From the NCBI GenBank assembly GCA_016218305.1, contig JACREJ010000025.1:243-64242 (forward strand): a stretch of 64,000 nucleotides of DNA. Reading direction: 5' to 3'. Every line of letters starts with the position of its first letter. Within the stretch, counting starts at the first letter, position 1. Below the pieces are notes generated by a model that was not told the DNA's origin, did no database searches, and saw only the letters and a program-made list of their open reading frames with translations. The stretch comes from Gemmatimonadota bacterium (GTDB taxonomy: Bacteria; Gemmatimonadota; Gemmatimonadetes; Gemmatimonadales; Gemmatimonadaceae). Below are positions 30,235 through 40,778 of the stretch, piece after piece. A program made the position numbers and the translations under genes.

Positions 30235-32679
30235 CTAGCGTTCGATCGTCAGGTTCCGCAGTTCGGCCATCGCCCGACCGAACGCGTTCCAGTCGGAGCG
30301 GCGTAGTGCATCCTGGAGGGCGGCGTAGACGCGCGCGATGCGCAGGCGCAGGCGCGCATCCGAGTCGGCGACATGCGCCGGTGCGCCGAACGCCGCGGTG
30401 AGCGACATCGCCGTGCGCGCCTGCGGGCCCTGCAGCGCAACGACGCCGGCGAGGCTTGGCGCGCGCTCCGGCACCCACTCGTAGAACGACTGTACGAGCA
30501 ATACGCCGCTCGTCGTCGGGATAACCTGCACGCGTCCACGGCGTGGGTGACGCCGCGTGCGGCTGATGCGCGCCGAGTCGGCGACGCGCTGCAGGCGGTC
30601 GAGCAGCGACGACCAGCGTACGGAGTCTGGCTGCTCGACCAGGACCGTCCGGGGCGCGCGCCCGCCCACCGCCACGAAGACCCCGCGCATGCGGTCCAGT
30701 CCGTCCACAGCGGGGACGCCCCAGGCGAGGGGATGGCCGGCGGCGTTGCTGACGAACGGCGTCGGCGCGCCCGGCAGCAGCTCCACATCGGCGTCATCGG
30801 CCTGGAAGAGCGGGCGCGCCGACAGCGTGTCGGTGCGGAAGCCGGTGCGAGCCAGTGCGCTGCCCTGCACCACGGCCCGGTCCACGGGCGCCGGGAGGGC
30901 AGCGAGCACGTCGTCGTCCACGCCGTGGCCGGTCACGAAGGGCGCCGGCAGATGGTCGCGCCACCAGCGCGTCATCTTGTCGGGCCGGTTCGTGACCAGC
31001 ACCTGCACGCGACCGCTGTGCGCGTTGACCAGCGCGAGGCCGGCCGGCACCGCGAAGCGGCGCGACGCGCCCGCCACCATGAGCGGTTCGGTGAGCGGGT
31101 AGTCGGTGCTCGTGTTGAACAGCTCGACGCTCCACCAGAGCGAGTCGTGCGCCACAACCGCCTGCGGCGTGGGCCCGGCGGTGAAGAACGGCAGCAGGGT
31201 GTGCACCCGATCGCGCACGTCGCGATGCATCAGGAGGCGCGTGCGCGTCGAGTCGGCGTCGCCCGCGGCGAGGCGCAGGTTGCGCACGCCCCACGACAGC
31301 GCGAGCCGGCGCCAGCCGCTGCCGAAGGTTGGCGCGGCGACGCGCCCCAGCGTGTCCGGTATGAGGCGCACCCCGCTGAGGTCGAGCCCCACGGCCAGGG
31401 GCGGCAGCGTGGCATAGGCCGAGGCCCCCGACGGCCATGGGCCGCCGCGTTCGTCCGCATCGGCGGGATCCACTTCCTGCACCAGCAGCGGGCTCAGCGC
31501 CGCATCGGACTGGGAACCGCCGTACGTGAGCATGGCTCGCAGGGAGTCGCCACCAGCGACGCGCCACGATCCCGCTCCCCGCGTGGGCGCGACAGACGGC
31601 TCCGCCGCTGCGGCGAGCGCGAGTGCCGCCGGGTCCCATCCGCTGACACGCTGGGCGATCAGCGACTCGGGCAGCCGCAGGCTGTCGGCGCGAACGCCGC
31701 GCAGGATGTCATCCACGCCGAAGGCACGGCGCGTGTACAGGGTGCGGGCGTGTTCGTACGGGCGCTCGAGCGCGCTCCGTTCGCGGCCCGTGACCGCGCG
31801 CCGGTCGAGCAACGGCAGGCCCACACGCCCCAGCGGACCGGCGACCAGCACCATCAACAGTGAGCCAAGCATGGCGCGCTGATAGCCAATCCAACCCGTC
31901 CATGCCACGAGCACGCCGCAGGCCGCGGTGCAGATGCTCAGCGCGATGAGGTACGGATAGAGCACGCGATGGTCGAAGGCGGTGAACGCCTCGCGCACGC
32001 CGCTGCCGTGGACGAGCAGGTCAAACGAGTCGAGCCGCACGCCCCACGCGATGAGCAGGAGCAGGAAGGCCGAGTAGATGGCGAAGTGCCGCCGCACCCA
32101 GGTGGACACGTGGAGCTGACCGCGCTGCAGGTGCACCGACGGCGTGAGGGCATAGAGAATCATCACCGCCGCGCCAACCGCCGCGGCGAGCAGCACCGCC
32201 CAGTCGCGCAGCATGCGCTCAAACGGCAGCCAGGCCGTCCAGAAGGCGATATCCCGGCCCAGATAGGGGTCGATCTCGCCGAGCGGCGTCGCCCATCTGG
32301 CCCGGAGGAAGACCACCCAGTCGCCCTGTGGAAGCGAGACCGCTGCGGCAATGACCACGCTCAGCGCCGCCGCCGTCAACGTGAGCAGGCGTCCGGGGAC
32401 CGCCTCGCCGATCACCAGGTTCGCGAGGCGGCGCGGCAAGATCAGCGACACGATGGACCGCCGCATCGCCAGCAGGTTCACGAACGTGAAGACGAAGGCG
32501 ACCCCGAAGAGCCCGGCGCGCATCGTCGCGAGCGCCGCGAAGCGCGCGCGCCAGACTGAGGCCATGCCGAGGGCGTCGAACCACGCCCACTCCGCGTACG
32601 CACCCGCCAGCAGGCGCCCCGCAAGGAGCGCGACCGCCAGCGCCGCTCCGGCCAGCGCGAGGGCGCGTCGCAGCGTCAC
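30235..32679 (-). CDS. UPF0182 family large membrane protein
   Basis: 814 aa. N-terminal ...AYAEWAWFDALGMASVW... motif, 7 TM helices, then a large extracytoplasmic domain. GTG start 1 nt after the upstream TAG. Confidence 0.75.
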   Translation of the reverse strand: MTLRRALALAGAALAVALLAGRLLAGAYAEWAWFDALGMASVWRARFAALATMRAGLFGVAFVFTFVNLLAMRRSIVSLILPRRLANLVIGEAVPGRLLTLTAAALSVVIAAAVSLPQGDWVVFLRARWATPLGEIDPYLGRDIAFWTAWLPFERMLRDWAVLLAAAVGAAVMILYALTPSVHLQRGQLHVSTWVRRHFAIYSAFLLLLIAWGVRLDSFDLLVHGSGVREAFTAFDHRVLYPYLIALSICTAACGVLVAWTGWIGYQRAMLGSLLMVLVAGPLGRVGLPLLDRRAVTGRERSALERPYEHARTLYTRRAFGVDDILRGVRADSLRLPESLIAQRVSGWDPAALALAAAAEPSVAPTRGAGSWRVAGGDSLRAMLTYGGSQSDAALSPLLVQEVDPADADERGGPWPSGASAYATLPPLAVGLDLSGVRLIPDTLGRVAAPTFGSGWRRLALSWGVRNLRLAAGDADSTRTRLLMHRDVRDRVHTLLPFFTAGPTPQAVVAHDSLWWSVELFNTSTDYPLTEPLMVAGASRRFAVPAGLALVNAHSGRVQVLVTNRPDKMTRWWRDHLPAPFVTGHGVDDDVLAALPAPVDRAVVQGSALARTGFRTDTLSARPLFQADDADVELLPGAPTPFVSNAAGHPLAWGVPAVDGLDRMRGVFVAVGGRAPRTVLVEQPDSVRWSSLLDRLQRVADSARISRTRRHPRRGRVQVIPTTSGVLLVQSFYEWVPERAPSLAGVVALQGPQARTAMSLTAAFGAPAHVADSDARLRLRIARVYAALQDALRRSDWNAFGRAMAELRNLTIER

Positions 32680-32680
32680 G

Positions 32681-34045
32681 CTACGCGCCGATGCCCTGCG
32701 TCTTCAGCCATCCCTCCACCTCGGCGCGAATCTCGGCCAATCGCGACTCGGACATCGCCTCGAAGCGCATGACGAGGATCGGCTGGGTGTTGGAGGCGCG
32801 AATCAGCCCCCACCCGTCACCGAACAGGATGCGCGCCCCGTCCACCGCAATGACCTCTCGGCGCGAGGCAAAGTACTGCTGGGCCGCCGCCACCACCTCG
32901 AACTTGCGGTCGTCCGGGCAGTCCACGCGCAGTTCGGGCGTGCTGACGAAGCGCGGCACGTCGGCGAGCAGTTCATCCACGCGCTTGCCGCTGTCTCCGA
33001 GAATACGCAGCAGGCGCGCCGCACCGTAGATGGCGTCGTCGTGCCCGTAGAAGCCCTCGGTGAAAAACATGTGTCCCGACATTTCGCCGGCAATCGGCGC
33101 GTGCAGCTCCTTCATCTTCTCCTTGATCAGCGAGTGCCCCGTCTTCCACATCAGGGGTTCGCCCCCGGCGGTGCGGATCGCATCGGGCAGGGCCTGCGAG
33201 CACTTCACGTCGAAGATGATGGCCTGCCCCTTCCCCGTGCGCTCGAGCACGTCGCGCGCGTAGAGGATGAGCAGGTAGTCGCCCCAGATGATCGTCCCGT
33301 TGCCATCCACGATGCCGATGCGGTCGGCGTCGCCGTCGAAGCCGATGCCGAGTTCCGCCCCGGTGCGTCGCACCGCGGCGATCAGGTCCTGCAGGTTTTC
33401 GACGACGGTCGGATCGGGATGGTGGTTCGGGAAGTTGCCGTCACTGTCGGCAAAGAGCAGCTCGGCGTCCACGCCGATGGCCTGGCACACCTGCGGCGCG
33501 GTGAGCGCGCCCACACCGTTCCCGCAATCCACGACGACCTTGATCGGCCGCCTGATCTTGCCGATGCGCTGGGCGATGTCCGCCACGTACTCGGGAATCG
33601 GCTGGATCTCGCGCACGGTTCCCTTGGTCGCGGCGTTCCTGCTGCCCGCGATCAGCTGGTAGAGCCGCTGGATGCCGTCGCCGTGCAGCGAGGTGGCGCC
33701 GATGCTGAGCTTGAAGCCGTTGAATTCGGGCGGATTGTGCGAGCCGGTCACCTGAATGCCGCCAACGACCCCGGCGTGGTGCAGGCTCCAGTACAGCACC
33801 GGCGTCGGCGCAATGCCGATGTCCACGACATCGAGTCCGCAGTCCGTGAGTCCCTTGACCAGGGCATCCCGGAGCGACGCGCCGCTGTGCCGGTTGTCGC
33901 GGCCCACTGCCACCGCGCCCGTGATGCCGCGCTCGGCGAGCACGGCGGCGTATCCGCGGCCAATGCCCTCGGCCGCCTCGATGGTGAGGTCGTCACCGAC
34001 CACGCCGCGAATGTCATACTGGCGAAAGATGCCTGCGCTGATCAT
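32681..34045 (-). CDS. Phosphomannomutase/phosphoglucomutase (alpha-D-phosphohexomutase)
   Basis: 454 aa. FRQYDIRG, active site TGSHNP, metal loop FDGDADR and GEMSGH. Confidence 0.9.
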   Translation of the reverse strand: MISAGIFRQYDIRGVVGDDLTIEAAEGIGRGYAAVLAERGITGAVAVGRDNRHSGASLRDALVKGLTDCGLDVVDIGIAPTPVLYWSLHHAGVVGGIQVTGSHNPPEFNGFKLSIGATSLHGDGIQRLYQLIAGSRNAATKGTVREIQPIPEYVADIAQRIGKIRRPIKVVVDCGNGVGALTAPQVCQAIGVDAELLFADSDGNFPNHHPDPTVVENLQDLIAAVRRTGAELGIGFDGDADRIGIVDGNGTIIWGDYLLILYARDVLERTGKGQAIIFDVKCSQALPDAIRTAGGEPLMWKTGHSLIKEKMKELHAPIAGEMSGHMFFTEGFYGHDDAIYGAARLLRILGDSGKRVDELLADVPRFVSTPELRVDCPDDRKFEVVAAAQQYFASRREVIAVDGARILFGDGWGLIRASNTQPILVMRFEAMSESRLAEIRAEVEGWLKTQGIGA

Positions 34046-34092
34046 GGCTCGTTCTGAACGGGGTGAGCTGGGAACTTAACGCGCCGGAGACA

Positions 34093-34121
34093 GCAACGCC
34101 TCGCGAGTGGCGAGGCGTTGC
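34093..34121 (-). terminator. GC-rich hairpin 8 nt after the nuoN stop (candidate nuo operon terminator)
   Basis: Perfect 12-bp stem GCAACGCCTCGC / GCGAGGCGTTGC with a 5-nt loop. Only a weak U-tract (UGUCU) follows. Confidence 0.45.
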
Positions 34122-34128
34122 GCGGGTC

Positions 34129-35643
34129 TCAGCGGGGCGCGTCGGCTGACGCGGCTTGGACCTGCGGCGCTCGAGGGACTCCGGCCCGGCTCCAGCCGAT
34201 GACGCGCGTCGGGACGAGGCCGAGGACGAGGATCGCGATGGCCGTGGCAAAGACGACGCCGCGTGTGAGGGCGCCGGTGCGTTCCGGCTCCGCCGCCCCG
34301 TCCGGGCGCGCCTTCATGAACATCACGCGCACGACGTTCAGGTAGTAGCCCGCGGACACCACCGAGGTCAGGACCAGCACCACCGCCAGCGTCGTCAACG
34401 GCCGCGGCGCCTCGATGGCGGCCATCAGCAGGTACCACTTCCCGAAGAACCCGACGCCGCCGAAGATCGGGAAGCCCATGAGCGAGAGCATGAAGATCGC
34501 CATGGCGATGGCGAGCCCCGGCCGGACGTGCCAGAGCCCCTCGTAATCCGAGAGGTCATTGTTGGCGTCGCCCTCACGTCCCACGGCGATGACCACCGCA
34601 AAGGCGCCGTACGACGCCAGGGTGTACGCCACGAGATAGAAGAGGAACGCGGCCGAGCCGCCCAGCGTGCCGGCGGCCACTGCCACCAGCAGGTAGCCGG
34701 AATGGGCGATGGACGAGTACGCGAGCAGTCGCTTGAGGTTGCGCTGCGAGAGCGCCACGGTGTTGCCGACGAACATGGCGACCGCGGCCAGCCACCAGAT
34801 GGGCGTGAACCAGGCCTCGCCCATGCCGGCGAGCGCCTCGAGCCAGACGCGCAGCATCGTCGCGAACGCGGCGGCCTTGACGGCCGTGGCCATGAACGCG
34901 GTGATGGGGGTCGGGGCGCCTTCGTAGACGTCGGGCGCCCACATGTGGAACGGCGCGGCGGCGATCTTGAAGCCGAACCCGACCAGCAGGAGGCCGGTGC
35001 CGACCAGCATCATCGGGTGCGCCACGAAGTTGCCGGCCACCACGCGCTGGCCGATGTCGGTAAGGTTCGTGGTGCCCGTGGCGCCGTAGATCAGCGCGAT
35101 GCCGTACAGCAGGAACGCGGTGGCGAACGCGCCGAGCAGGAAGTACTTCAGCGACCCTTCGGCCGACTTGGCGCTGCGCCGATTGAAGCCGGCGAGCACG
35201 TAGATCGCCACCGACATCAGCTCGATGCCGAGGAAGACGATCATCAGGTCGCGCGCGGCGGCGAGGATCATCATGCCCGCGGTGGCGAAGAGCACCAGCA
35301 CGTGCGACTCGGCGGGGAGAATGCGCTCGCGCTGGTTGTACTCCATGCCGAGCGCCACGGCGCCGAACGCGCCGAGCAGGCAGATGAGGTCGGTGGCCCA
35401 GCGGAAGTTGTCCACCGCGATGACGCCGACGTTCGACGACAGGCCGCGGGTGGAGTACCAGAGCGTCATGGCGATGGTCGCCGCGATCAGGGCGAGCGCC
35501 GCCCGGCCGACCGCCTGCTGGTGCTCGGTGGACTCGGGCCGCCAGGCAGCCCAGAGCATCAGGACCATGGCCCCGACGATAAGCAGCAGGTCAGGCCCGA
35601 GAGCCTGCATGAGCTGCGACGGATTCGCGAGATCGAAGATCAT
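34129..35643 (-). CDS. nuoN: NADH-quinone oxidoreductase subunit N
   Basis: 504 aa, about 14 TM, antiporter-like. Start directly follows the nuoM TAA. Confidence 0.93.
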   Translation of the reverse strand: MIFDLANPSQLMQALGPDLLLIVGAMVLMLWAAWRPESTEHQQAVGRAALALIAATIAMTLWYSTRGLSSNVGVIAVDNFRWATDLICLLGAFGAVALGMEYNQRERILPAESHVLVLFATAGMMILAAARDLMIVFLGIELMSVAIYVLAGFNRRSAKSAEGSLKYFLLGAFATAFLLYGIALIYGATGTTNLTDIGQRVVAGNFVAHPMMLVGTGLLLVGFGFKIAAAPFHMWAPDVYEGAPTPITAFMATAVKAAAFATMLRVWLEALAGMGEAWFTPIWWLAAVAMFVGNTVALSQRNLKRLLAYSSIAHSGYLLVAVAAGTLGGSAAFLFYLVAYTLASYGAFAVVIAVGREGDANNDLSDYEGLWHVRPGLAIAMAIFMLSLMGFPIFGGVGFFGKWYLLMAAIEAPRPLTTLAVVLVLTSVVSAGYYLNVVRVMFMKARPDGAAEPERTGALTRGVVFATAIAILVLGLVPTRVIGWSRAGVPRAPQVQAASADAPR

Positions 35644-37227
35644 TTATCGCGCCGTGTTGGAGGCGGAGGCCGGCGCCGTATTCGCGCTGGCCTCGACGTA
35701 CGTGACCAGGCGCCGTGCGGCGGCCTCGGTCTTCTCGAGCACCGGCTTGGGATAGACACCCATCCAGACGATGGCGATGAGCAGCGGCACAAGCAGCCCG
35801 ATTTCCCGCCAGTTGAGATCCTTGATGGTCTCGTTCTCCGGCTTGGACAGCTTGTTGTAGATGATCCGCTGCAGCGCCCACAGCAGGTAGGCCGCGGCAA
35901 AGATGACGGCCGTGGCCGAGATGACGGCGGCCACCGGCTGGGTCTTGTACGCGCCGACGAGCACCAGGAACTCGCCGATGAAACCGTTGGTCCCCGGCAC
36001 GCCGATGCTGCTCAGCGAGACGATGGTGAGGATGGTGGCGAAGATCGGCACCACCTTGGCGATGCCGCCGTAGTCCTCGATCATGCGCGTGTGCCGCCGC
36101 TCGTAGATCATGCCGACGAGAAGGAACAGCGCGCCCGTGGAGACGCCGTGGTTGATGTTCACCATCAGCGCGCCCTGCATCGACTCGACCGTGAGCGAGA
36201 AGATGCCGAGCATCACGAAGCCGAGGTGGCTGACGGACGAATACGCCACCAGCTTCTTGAAGTCCGGCTGCACCATGGCCACGAGGGCGCCGTACACGAT
36301 GCCGATGACCGCGAGGACGATGATCAGGTTGCGCACCGCGGGATTCATGGCGGCGCTCGGGAAGAGCGGCAGCGCGAACCGGATGAAGCCGAACGTGCCC
36401 ATCTTCAGCATGATCGCGGCCAGGATCACCGAGCCGGCCGTGGGCGCCTCGACGTGCGCGTCGGGCAACCAGGTATGGAACGGGAACATCGGCACCTTGA
36501 CCGCGAACGCGAGCGCGAACGCGCCGAAGAGCCAGAGCGTCGTCGTCGGGTCGAGGTGGACGTTGTTCAGGATGAAGTCGTAGCTGAAGTTCGGCGCACC
36601 GGCCACCCGCGACGCCTCGGAGCCGAGGTACAGGATGGCGACCAGCATGAGCAGCGAGCCGATCATAGTGTAGATGAAGAACTAGATCGCCGCGTAGAGC
36701 CGCCGTTCCCCGCCCCAGACGCCGATGATCAGGTACATCGGCACCAGCATGATCTCCCACATCACGTAGAAGAGCACGAGATCGAGCGCCACGAAGACGC
36801 CGAGCATGCCAATGGTCAGGAACAGCAGCATCACGTAGTAGGCGTGCGGCTTGGTGCGGATGCTGGTCCAGCTGCCGAGCACGGCCAGCGGCATCATCAG
36901 CGTGGTGAGCAGCACGAGCATCATCGAGATGCCGTCGAGCCCCACCGAGAACCGGACGCCCCACTGCGGAATCCACGGCAGGTCCACCGCCGCCTGCCAG
37001 CCCGCGGCCGCCGGATCGATGGACCACCAGAGTCCGAGGGAGAGGATGGCCTCCGCCATGAAGAAGGCGAAGGCGAGGACGCGCACTTCACGCCAGCGCT
37101 TGTCGGCCGGGTCCTTGGCCGTCAGGAGCGCATGCGCCCACAGCCCGGCCGCGCCGAACAGCGGCAGCAGCAGCAGGACCGGAACGATCCAGGCGTTGTA
37201 ATTGATCGACGACAGGAACGCGGTCAT
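35644..37227 (-). pseudogene. nuoM: NADH-quinone oxidoreductase subunit M interrupted by one in-frame TAG (36684..36682); fragments 36682..37227 (181 aa) and 35644..36666 (340 aa)
   Basis: The minus strand reads ...CTC TAC GCG GCG ATC TAG TTC TTC ATC TAC ACT ATG ATC GGC = LYAAI*FFIYTMIG. Both fragments are in the same frame and together form a full-length NuoM/ND4. Confidence 0.85.
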
Positions 37228-37230
37228 GGG

Positions 37231-39432
37231 TTACCGAAAGGTGAAGGCGCCAAGCAGGGTGATGACACCGATCAGCAGGACCCAGGCGTACGTGCCCACC
37301 TGGCCTGTCTGCAGCTGCGAGCCCATCCAACCGAAGGCGCGGGCCAGCAGCGCGCTGCCATTGACGAAGAGCCCGTCGATGATGCCGGCGTCGAAGCCCT
37401 TCCACAGGACGGCGCGCGACACGTTGACCGTCGGCTGCACGATGGCGGCGTCGTAGCCCTCGTCCACGAAGTACTTGTTCTCGAGCACGCGGTCGAAGCC
37501 CGTCGCCGCCGGTGAGTCCTTCTTGGCCACCAGCGCTGCCGGCTTGAGCCGCAGGACGGCGAACGTGATGCCGACCACCGCGATCAGGATGGCGGTGCCC
37601 ACCAGCACGTATTCGGTGCTGTGCGACAGGTGGGGCGCCTCGCCCAGCGTCGTGCGCAGGGCATTCGCCCCGACCACCGGCTCGAGGAAGTGCTCGAGCC
37701 CGCCCACCGGGCCGATCGCATCGAGGAGCGCCGGCACGTTGAGCCAACCGCCGAACGCGGCGAGGATGGCCAGCACCACCAGCGGGCCGGTCATGATCCA
37801 CGGCGCTTCCTTCAGGTGCGGCCGCTCGGCCTCCCCGGTCCGGTTGGGGCCATGGAAGGTGTAGAGCATCATCCGCGTCATGTAGATCGCCGTCAGCAGC
37901 GCCGAGGCGAGCCCGAGCCCGTAGACGATCATCAGCAGCGTGCTGCCCGGAATGCCAAGCAGCGACGCCTCGGCCAGCGTCGAGTGGTGCGCCCGCGCGA
38001 AGACCGAGGCGAGGATCTCGTCCTTGGAGAAGAACCCCGAAAAGAGCGGGATGCCGGCGATGGCCAGCGTCGCAGTCCACATCAGGTAGAACGTGATGGG
38101 CATGTACGTCTTCATGCCGCCCATGTTGCGCATGTCCTGCGCGTCGTCATGGTTGTGCGTGGCGTGATACGCCGCGTGCATGACGTAGATCACCGAGCCC
38201 GACCCGAGGAACAGCAGCGCCTTGAAGAAGGCGTGCGTCACGAGGTGGAAGACGCCGGCCACGTAGGCCCCGACGCCGACGCCGATGAACATGTAGCCGA
38301 GCTGCGAGACCGTGGAGTACGCCAGCACCTTCTTGATGTCCCACTGCTTCAGGCCGATCGTCGCCGCGAAGAACGCCGTCGCCGCGCCAACGGCCGCCAC
38401 GGTGAGCTGGGCCACCGGCGCCATCGAGAAGATCCCCGAGGCGCGGGCCACGAGATAGACGCCCGCCGTCACCATCGTCGCCGCGTGGATCAGCGCGGAG
38501 ACCGGCGTCGGGCCGGCCATCGCATCCGGGAGCCACACGTACAGCGGGATCTGTGCGCTCTTGCCCGTGCATCCGACGAACAGGAACAGGGCGATCGCCG
38601 TGGCGATCACGCCGCCCATCGGGAGCTCGGCCGCCTTCTCCGCCACGCCGAGGATGTCGAGCGTGCCGAGGTTGGCGAACATCAGGAACATCGCGACCAG
38701 GAAGCCGAAGTCGCCGATGCGGTTGACGATGAACGCCTTCTTGCCGGCGTCGGCGTTGGCCTTCTCCGAGAACCAGAAGCCGATGAGCAAGTAGGAGCAG
38801 AGCCCCACCCCTTCCCAGCCCACGAACAGCAGCGGGTAGCTGCCGCCGAGGACGAGGATCAGCATGAAGAAGACGAACAGGTTGAGGTACGCGAAGTAGC
38901 GCGGGTACCCCGGATCGTCCTGCATGTAGCCGACGCTGAAGATGTGGATCAGCATGCCGACGCCGGTGATGACCATCACCATGACCATCGACAGCGGATC
39001 GAGCAGGATCGTCGCGTTGAGGTTCAGGTCGCCGACGGGCATCCACGAGAACAGCGTGAGGACGTAGGGATGCTCCATGTCGACGCCGCGCATCGCGGCG
39101 AAGATGGCCACCGCGAGGCCGAACGCCGCCACGAGCACGCCGGGGCCGACGAGACTGACGATCTTCGCGAACTTGTGCCGCGGCGGATGGCCGTGGTCGT
39201 CGTGGCCGTGGTCGGCGTGCGCGTGGGCGTCCCCATGCCCATGCGCCTCACCGTGCCCGTGCCCGTTGTCGGCAGAGGGATCGGCCGGGCCGATCTTGGC
39301 TGCGCCAAGCATCGCGAGGGTTCCGTTGATCAGGAACCCCAGGAGCGGCAGCAGCGGGAGCAGCCACACCAGGCGCGCGACGGTTGTCGCGAGCGGGTGC
39401 GCCCCCTCGGGAATCAAGGCCGGGTTCATCAT
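37231..39432 (-). CDS. nuoL: NADH-quinone oxidoreductase subunit L (with a His-rich insertion after TM1)
   Basis: ORF 37231..39630 trimmed to [10 protein letters not shown] (ATG 39432, ATGA overlap with the nuoK stop); 733 aa. Antiporter-like core plus a C-terminal lateral-helix region. Confidence 0.92.
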   Translation of the reverse strand: MMNPALIPEGAHPLATTVARLVWLLPLLPLLGFLINGTLAMLGAAKIGPADPSADNGHGHGEAHGHGDAHAHADHGHDDHGHPPRHKFAKIVSLVGPGVLVAAFGLAVAIFAAMRGVDMEHPYVLTLFSWMPVGDLNLNATILLDPLSMVMVMVITGVGMLIHIFSVGYMQDDPGYPRYFAYLNLFVFFMLILVLGGSYPLLFVGWEGVGLCSYLLIGFWFSEKANADAGKKAFIVNRIGDFGFLVAMFLMFANLGTLDILGVAEKAAELPMGGVIATAIALFLFVGCTGKSAQIPLYVWLPDAMAGPTPVSALIHAATMVTAGVYLVARASGIFSMAPVAQLTVAAVGAATAFFAATIGLKQWDIKKVLAYSTVSQLGYMFIGVGVGAYVAGVFHLVTHAFFKALLFLGSGSVIYVMHAAYHATHNHDDAQDMRNMGGMKTYMPITFYLMWTATLAIAGIPLFSGFFSKDEILASVFARAHHSTLAEASLLGIPGSTLLMIVYGLGLASALLTAIYMTRMMLYTFHGPNRTGEAERPHLKEAPWIMTGPLVVLAILAAFGGWLNVPALLDAIGPVGGLEHFLEPVVGANALRTTLGEAPHLSHSTEYVLVGTAILIAVVGITFAVLRLKPAALVAKKDSPAATGFDRVLENKYFVDEGYDAAIVQPTVNVSRAVLWKGFDAGIIDGLFVNGSALLARAFGWMGSQLQTGQVGTYAWVLLIGVITLLGAFTFR

Positions 39433-39740
39433 CCCTTGAGGAGGTTGATGTTCTGGAGGTTGACCGTCCGCTGGTGGCGGAAGATGGCAATGATGATCGC
39501 CAGCCCGACCGCGGCTTCCGCCGCGGCGACAGTCATCGTAAAGACCACGAACACCTGGCCGGCCGCGCCGTACAGCTTGCTCAGCGCCACGAAGGACAGG
39601 TTGACGGCGTTGAGCATCAGCTCCACGCACATGAAGATCATGATCGCGTTGCGGCGCGTCAGGACGCCGATGACGCCGATCGTGAACAGGAGCGCCGAAA
39701 GGGCGAGGGCCTCAACGAGCATCGGTCCTCCGCTTGCCAA
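39429..39740 (-). CDS. nuoK: NADH-quinone oxidoreductase subunit K
   Basis: 103 aa, 3 TM, with conserved Glu residues in [10 protein letters not shown] and [11 protein letters not shown]. An alternative start MLVEAL is at 39722. Confidence 0.92.
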   Translation of the reverse strand: MASGGPMLVEALALSALLFTIGVIGVLTRRNAIMIFMCVELMLNAVNLSFVALSKLYGAAGQVFVVFTMTVAAAEAAVGLAIIIAIFRHQRTVNLQNINLLKG

Positions 39741-40284
39741 GCACCACCGAGCCCACGATCGCGGCGAGCAGGAGCACGCTCGTCAGCTCGAAGGCCAGCA
39801 GGTACTCCTTGAAGAGCGGGGCGGCCACGGGGCCGATGATGCCGCCGGCCACCGGCGTCGCCGCCGCCGCGGCCGCCTTCGCGGCGAGGTCCGGCGGGAT
39901 CATCTTGTCGATCGTGCTCGACCGGTTCAGCGCCATCACCTCGGCGAGCAGCGCGAGGCCGACGAAGAGCGCGAGCACGTAGCCCCACTTGCCCCGCGCG
40001 TCGGCCAGCTCGGACGGATGCCCGAGGTTGAGGAGCATGATCACGAACAGGAAGACCACCATGATCGCGCCGGTGTAGACCAGCACCTGCATGGTGGCGA
40101 TGAACTGCGCATCGAGCATCACGTAGAGTGCCGCCAGCGCGAACATCACGTTCACCAGCCACATCGCCGCCGCCACCGTGTTCTTGCGGGTCACGAACGC
40201 GACGGCACTGGCGAGCGCGATCAGCCCGAAGAAGTAGAAGCCGAACGAATAGGCCAGCGAGTGGAATTGATTGGGTTGCATCAC
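39712..40284 (-). CDS. nuoJ: NADH-quinone oxidoreductase subunit J
   Basis: 190 aa, 5 TM. ATGA overlap with nuoI. Confidence 0.9.
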   Translation of the reverse strand: MMQPNQFHSLAYSFGFYFFGLIALASAVAFVTRKNTVAAAMWLVNVMFALAALYVMLDAQFIATMQVLVYTGAIMVVFLFVIMLLNLGHPSELADARGKWGYVLALFVGLALLAEVMALNRSSTIDKMIPPDLAAKAAAAAATPVAGGIIGPVAAPLFKEYLLAFELTSVLLLAAIVGSVVLGKRRTDAR

Positions 40285-40778
40285 TCGCCCCTGGGATCAG
40301 CCGGATCCCACATCTCGCACACGGGGTGCGTCTGCGACGTCAGCCGCTTGAGATCGTAGATGAAGTCCTTGCGCTCGTACTCCGCATTCTCGTAGTGCCG
40401 GCCGAGGTGGATCGCCTCCTCCGGGCAGACTTCCTGGCAGTAGCCGCAGAAGATGCAGCGGAACTCGTCGATGTCGAAGACGAGCGGATAGCGATTCCCC
40501 TCCGCGTCCTCGCCCGGCACCAGCTTGATGCAGTTGGCCGGGCACACGGTCGGGCAGAGGCCGCACGCCACGCACTTGGCCTTGCCGTCCTCGGTGGTGA
40601 GCATGCGGTGCGTTCCGCGCCAGCGCGGCCCGATGTCCCATTTCTCCTCGGGATACTGGACGGTCACCTTGTGCGGGTCCACGAGGTGCTTGAACGACAG
40701 CGCCAACCCCTGGAACGTCGCGCGGATGTAGCTCGACTCGTCGACGGGCCGTTCGACGACCCTCGTTGTGATGGCCAT
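40281..40778 (-). CDS. nuoI: NADH-quinone oxidoreductase subunit I (2x[4Fe-4S])
   Basis: 165 aa. CVACGLCPTVCP and CIFCGYCQEVCP. Confidence 0.95.
   Translation of the reverse strand: MAITTRVVERPVDESSYIRATFQGLALSFKHLVDPHKVTVQYPEEKWDIGPRWRGTHRMLTTEDGKAKCVACGLCPTVCPANCIKLVPGEDAEGNRYPLVFDIDEFRCIFCGYCQEVCPEEAIHLGRHYENAEYERKDFIYDLKRLTSQTHPVCEMWDPADPRGE

Noticed and set aside
36682-36684. TAG in nuoM read as pyrrolysine or another programmed recoding event
   Set aside because: There are no pyl genes and no obvious PYLIS-like or recoding signal in the window. A single AAG-to-TAG change or an assembly error is the simpler explanation. It is kept as a finding only as an interrupted gene that needs read-level verification.
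34156-37515. Very long plus-strand ORFs opposite real genes (1119 aa here; also 2901..5654 at 917 aa, 37621..40359 at 912 aa, 45670..47685 at 671 aa, 56236..58218 at 660 aa, 8235..10019 at 594 aa)
   Set aside because: They are Arg/Gly/Asp/His/Ala-rich with no recognisable motifs and lie exactly antisense to well-supported minus-strand genes (nuoN/M/L, rpoN, nuoD, sdhA/mdh and others). These are the shadow ORFs expected in a stop-poor, ~67% GC genome.
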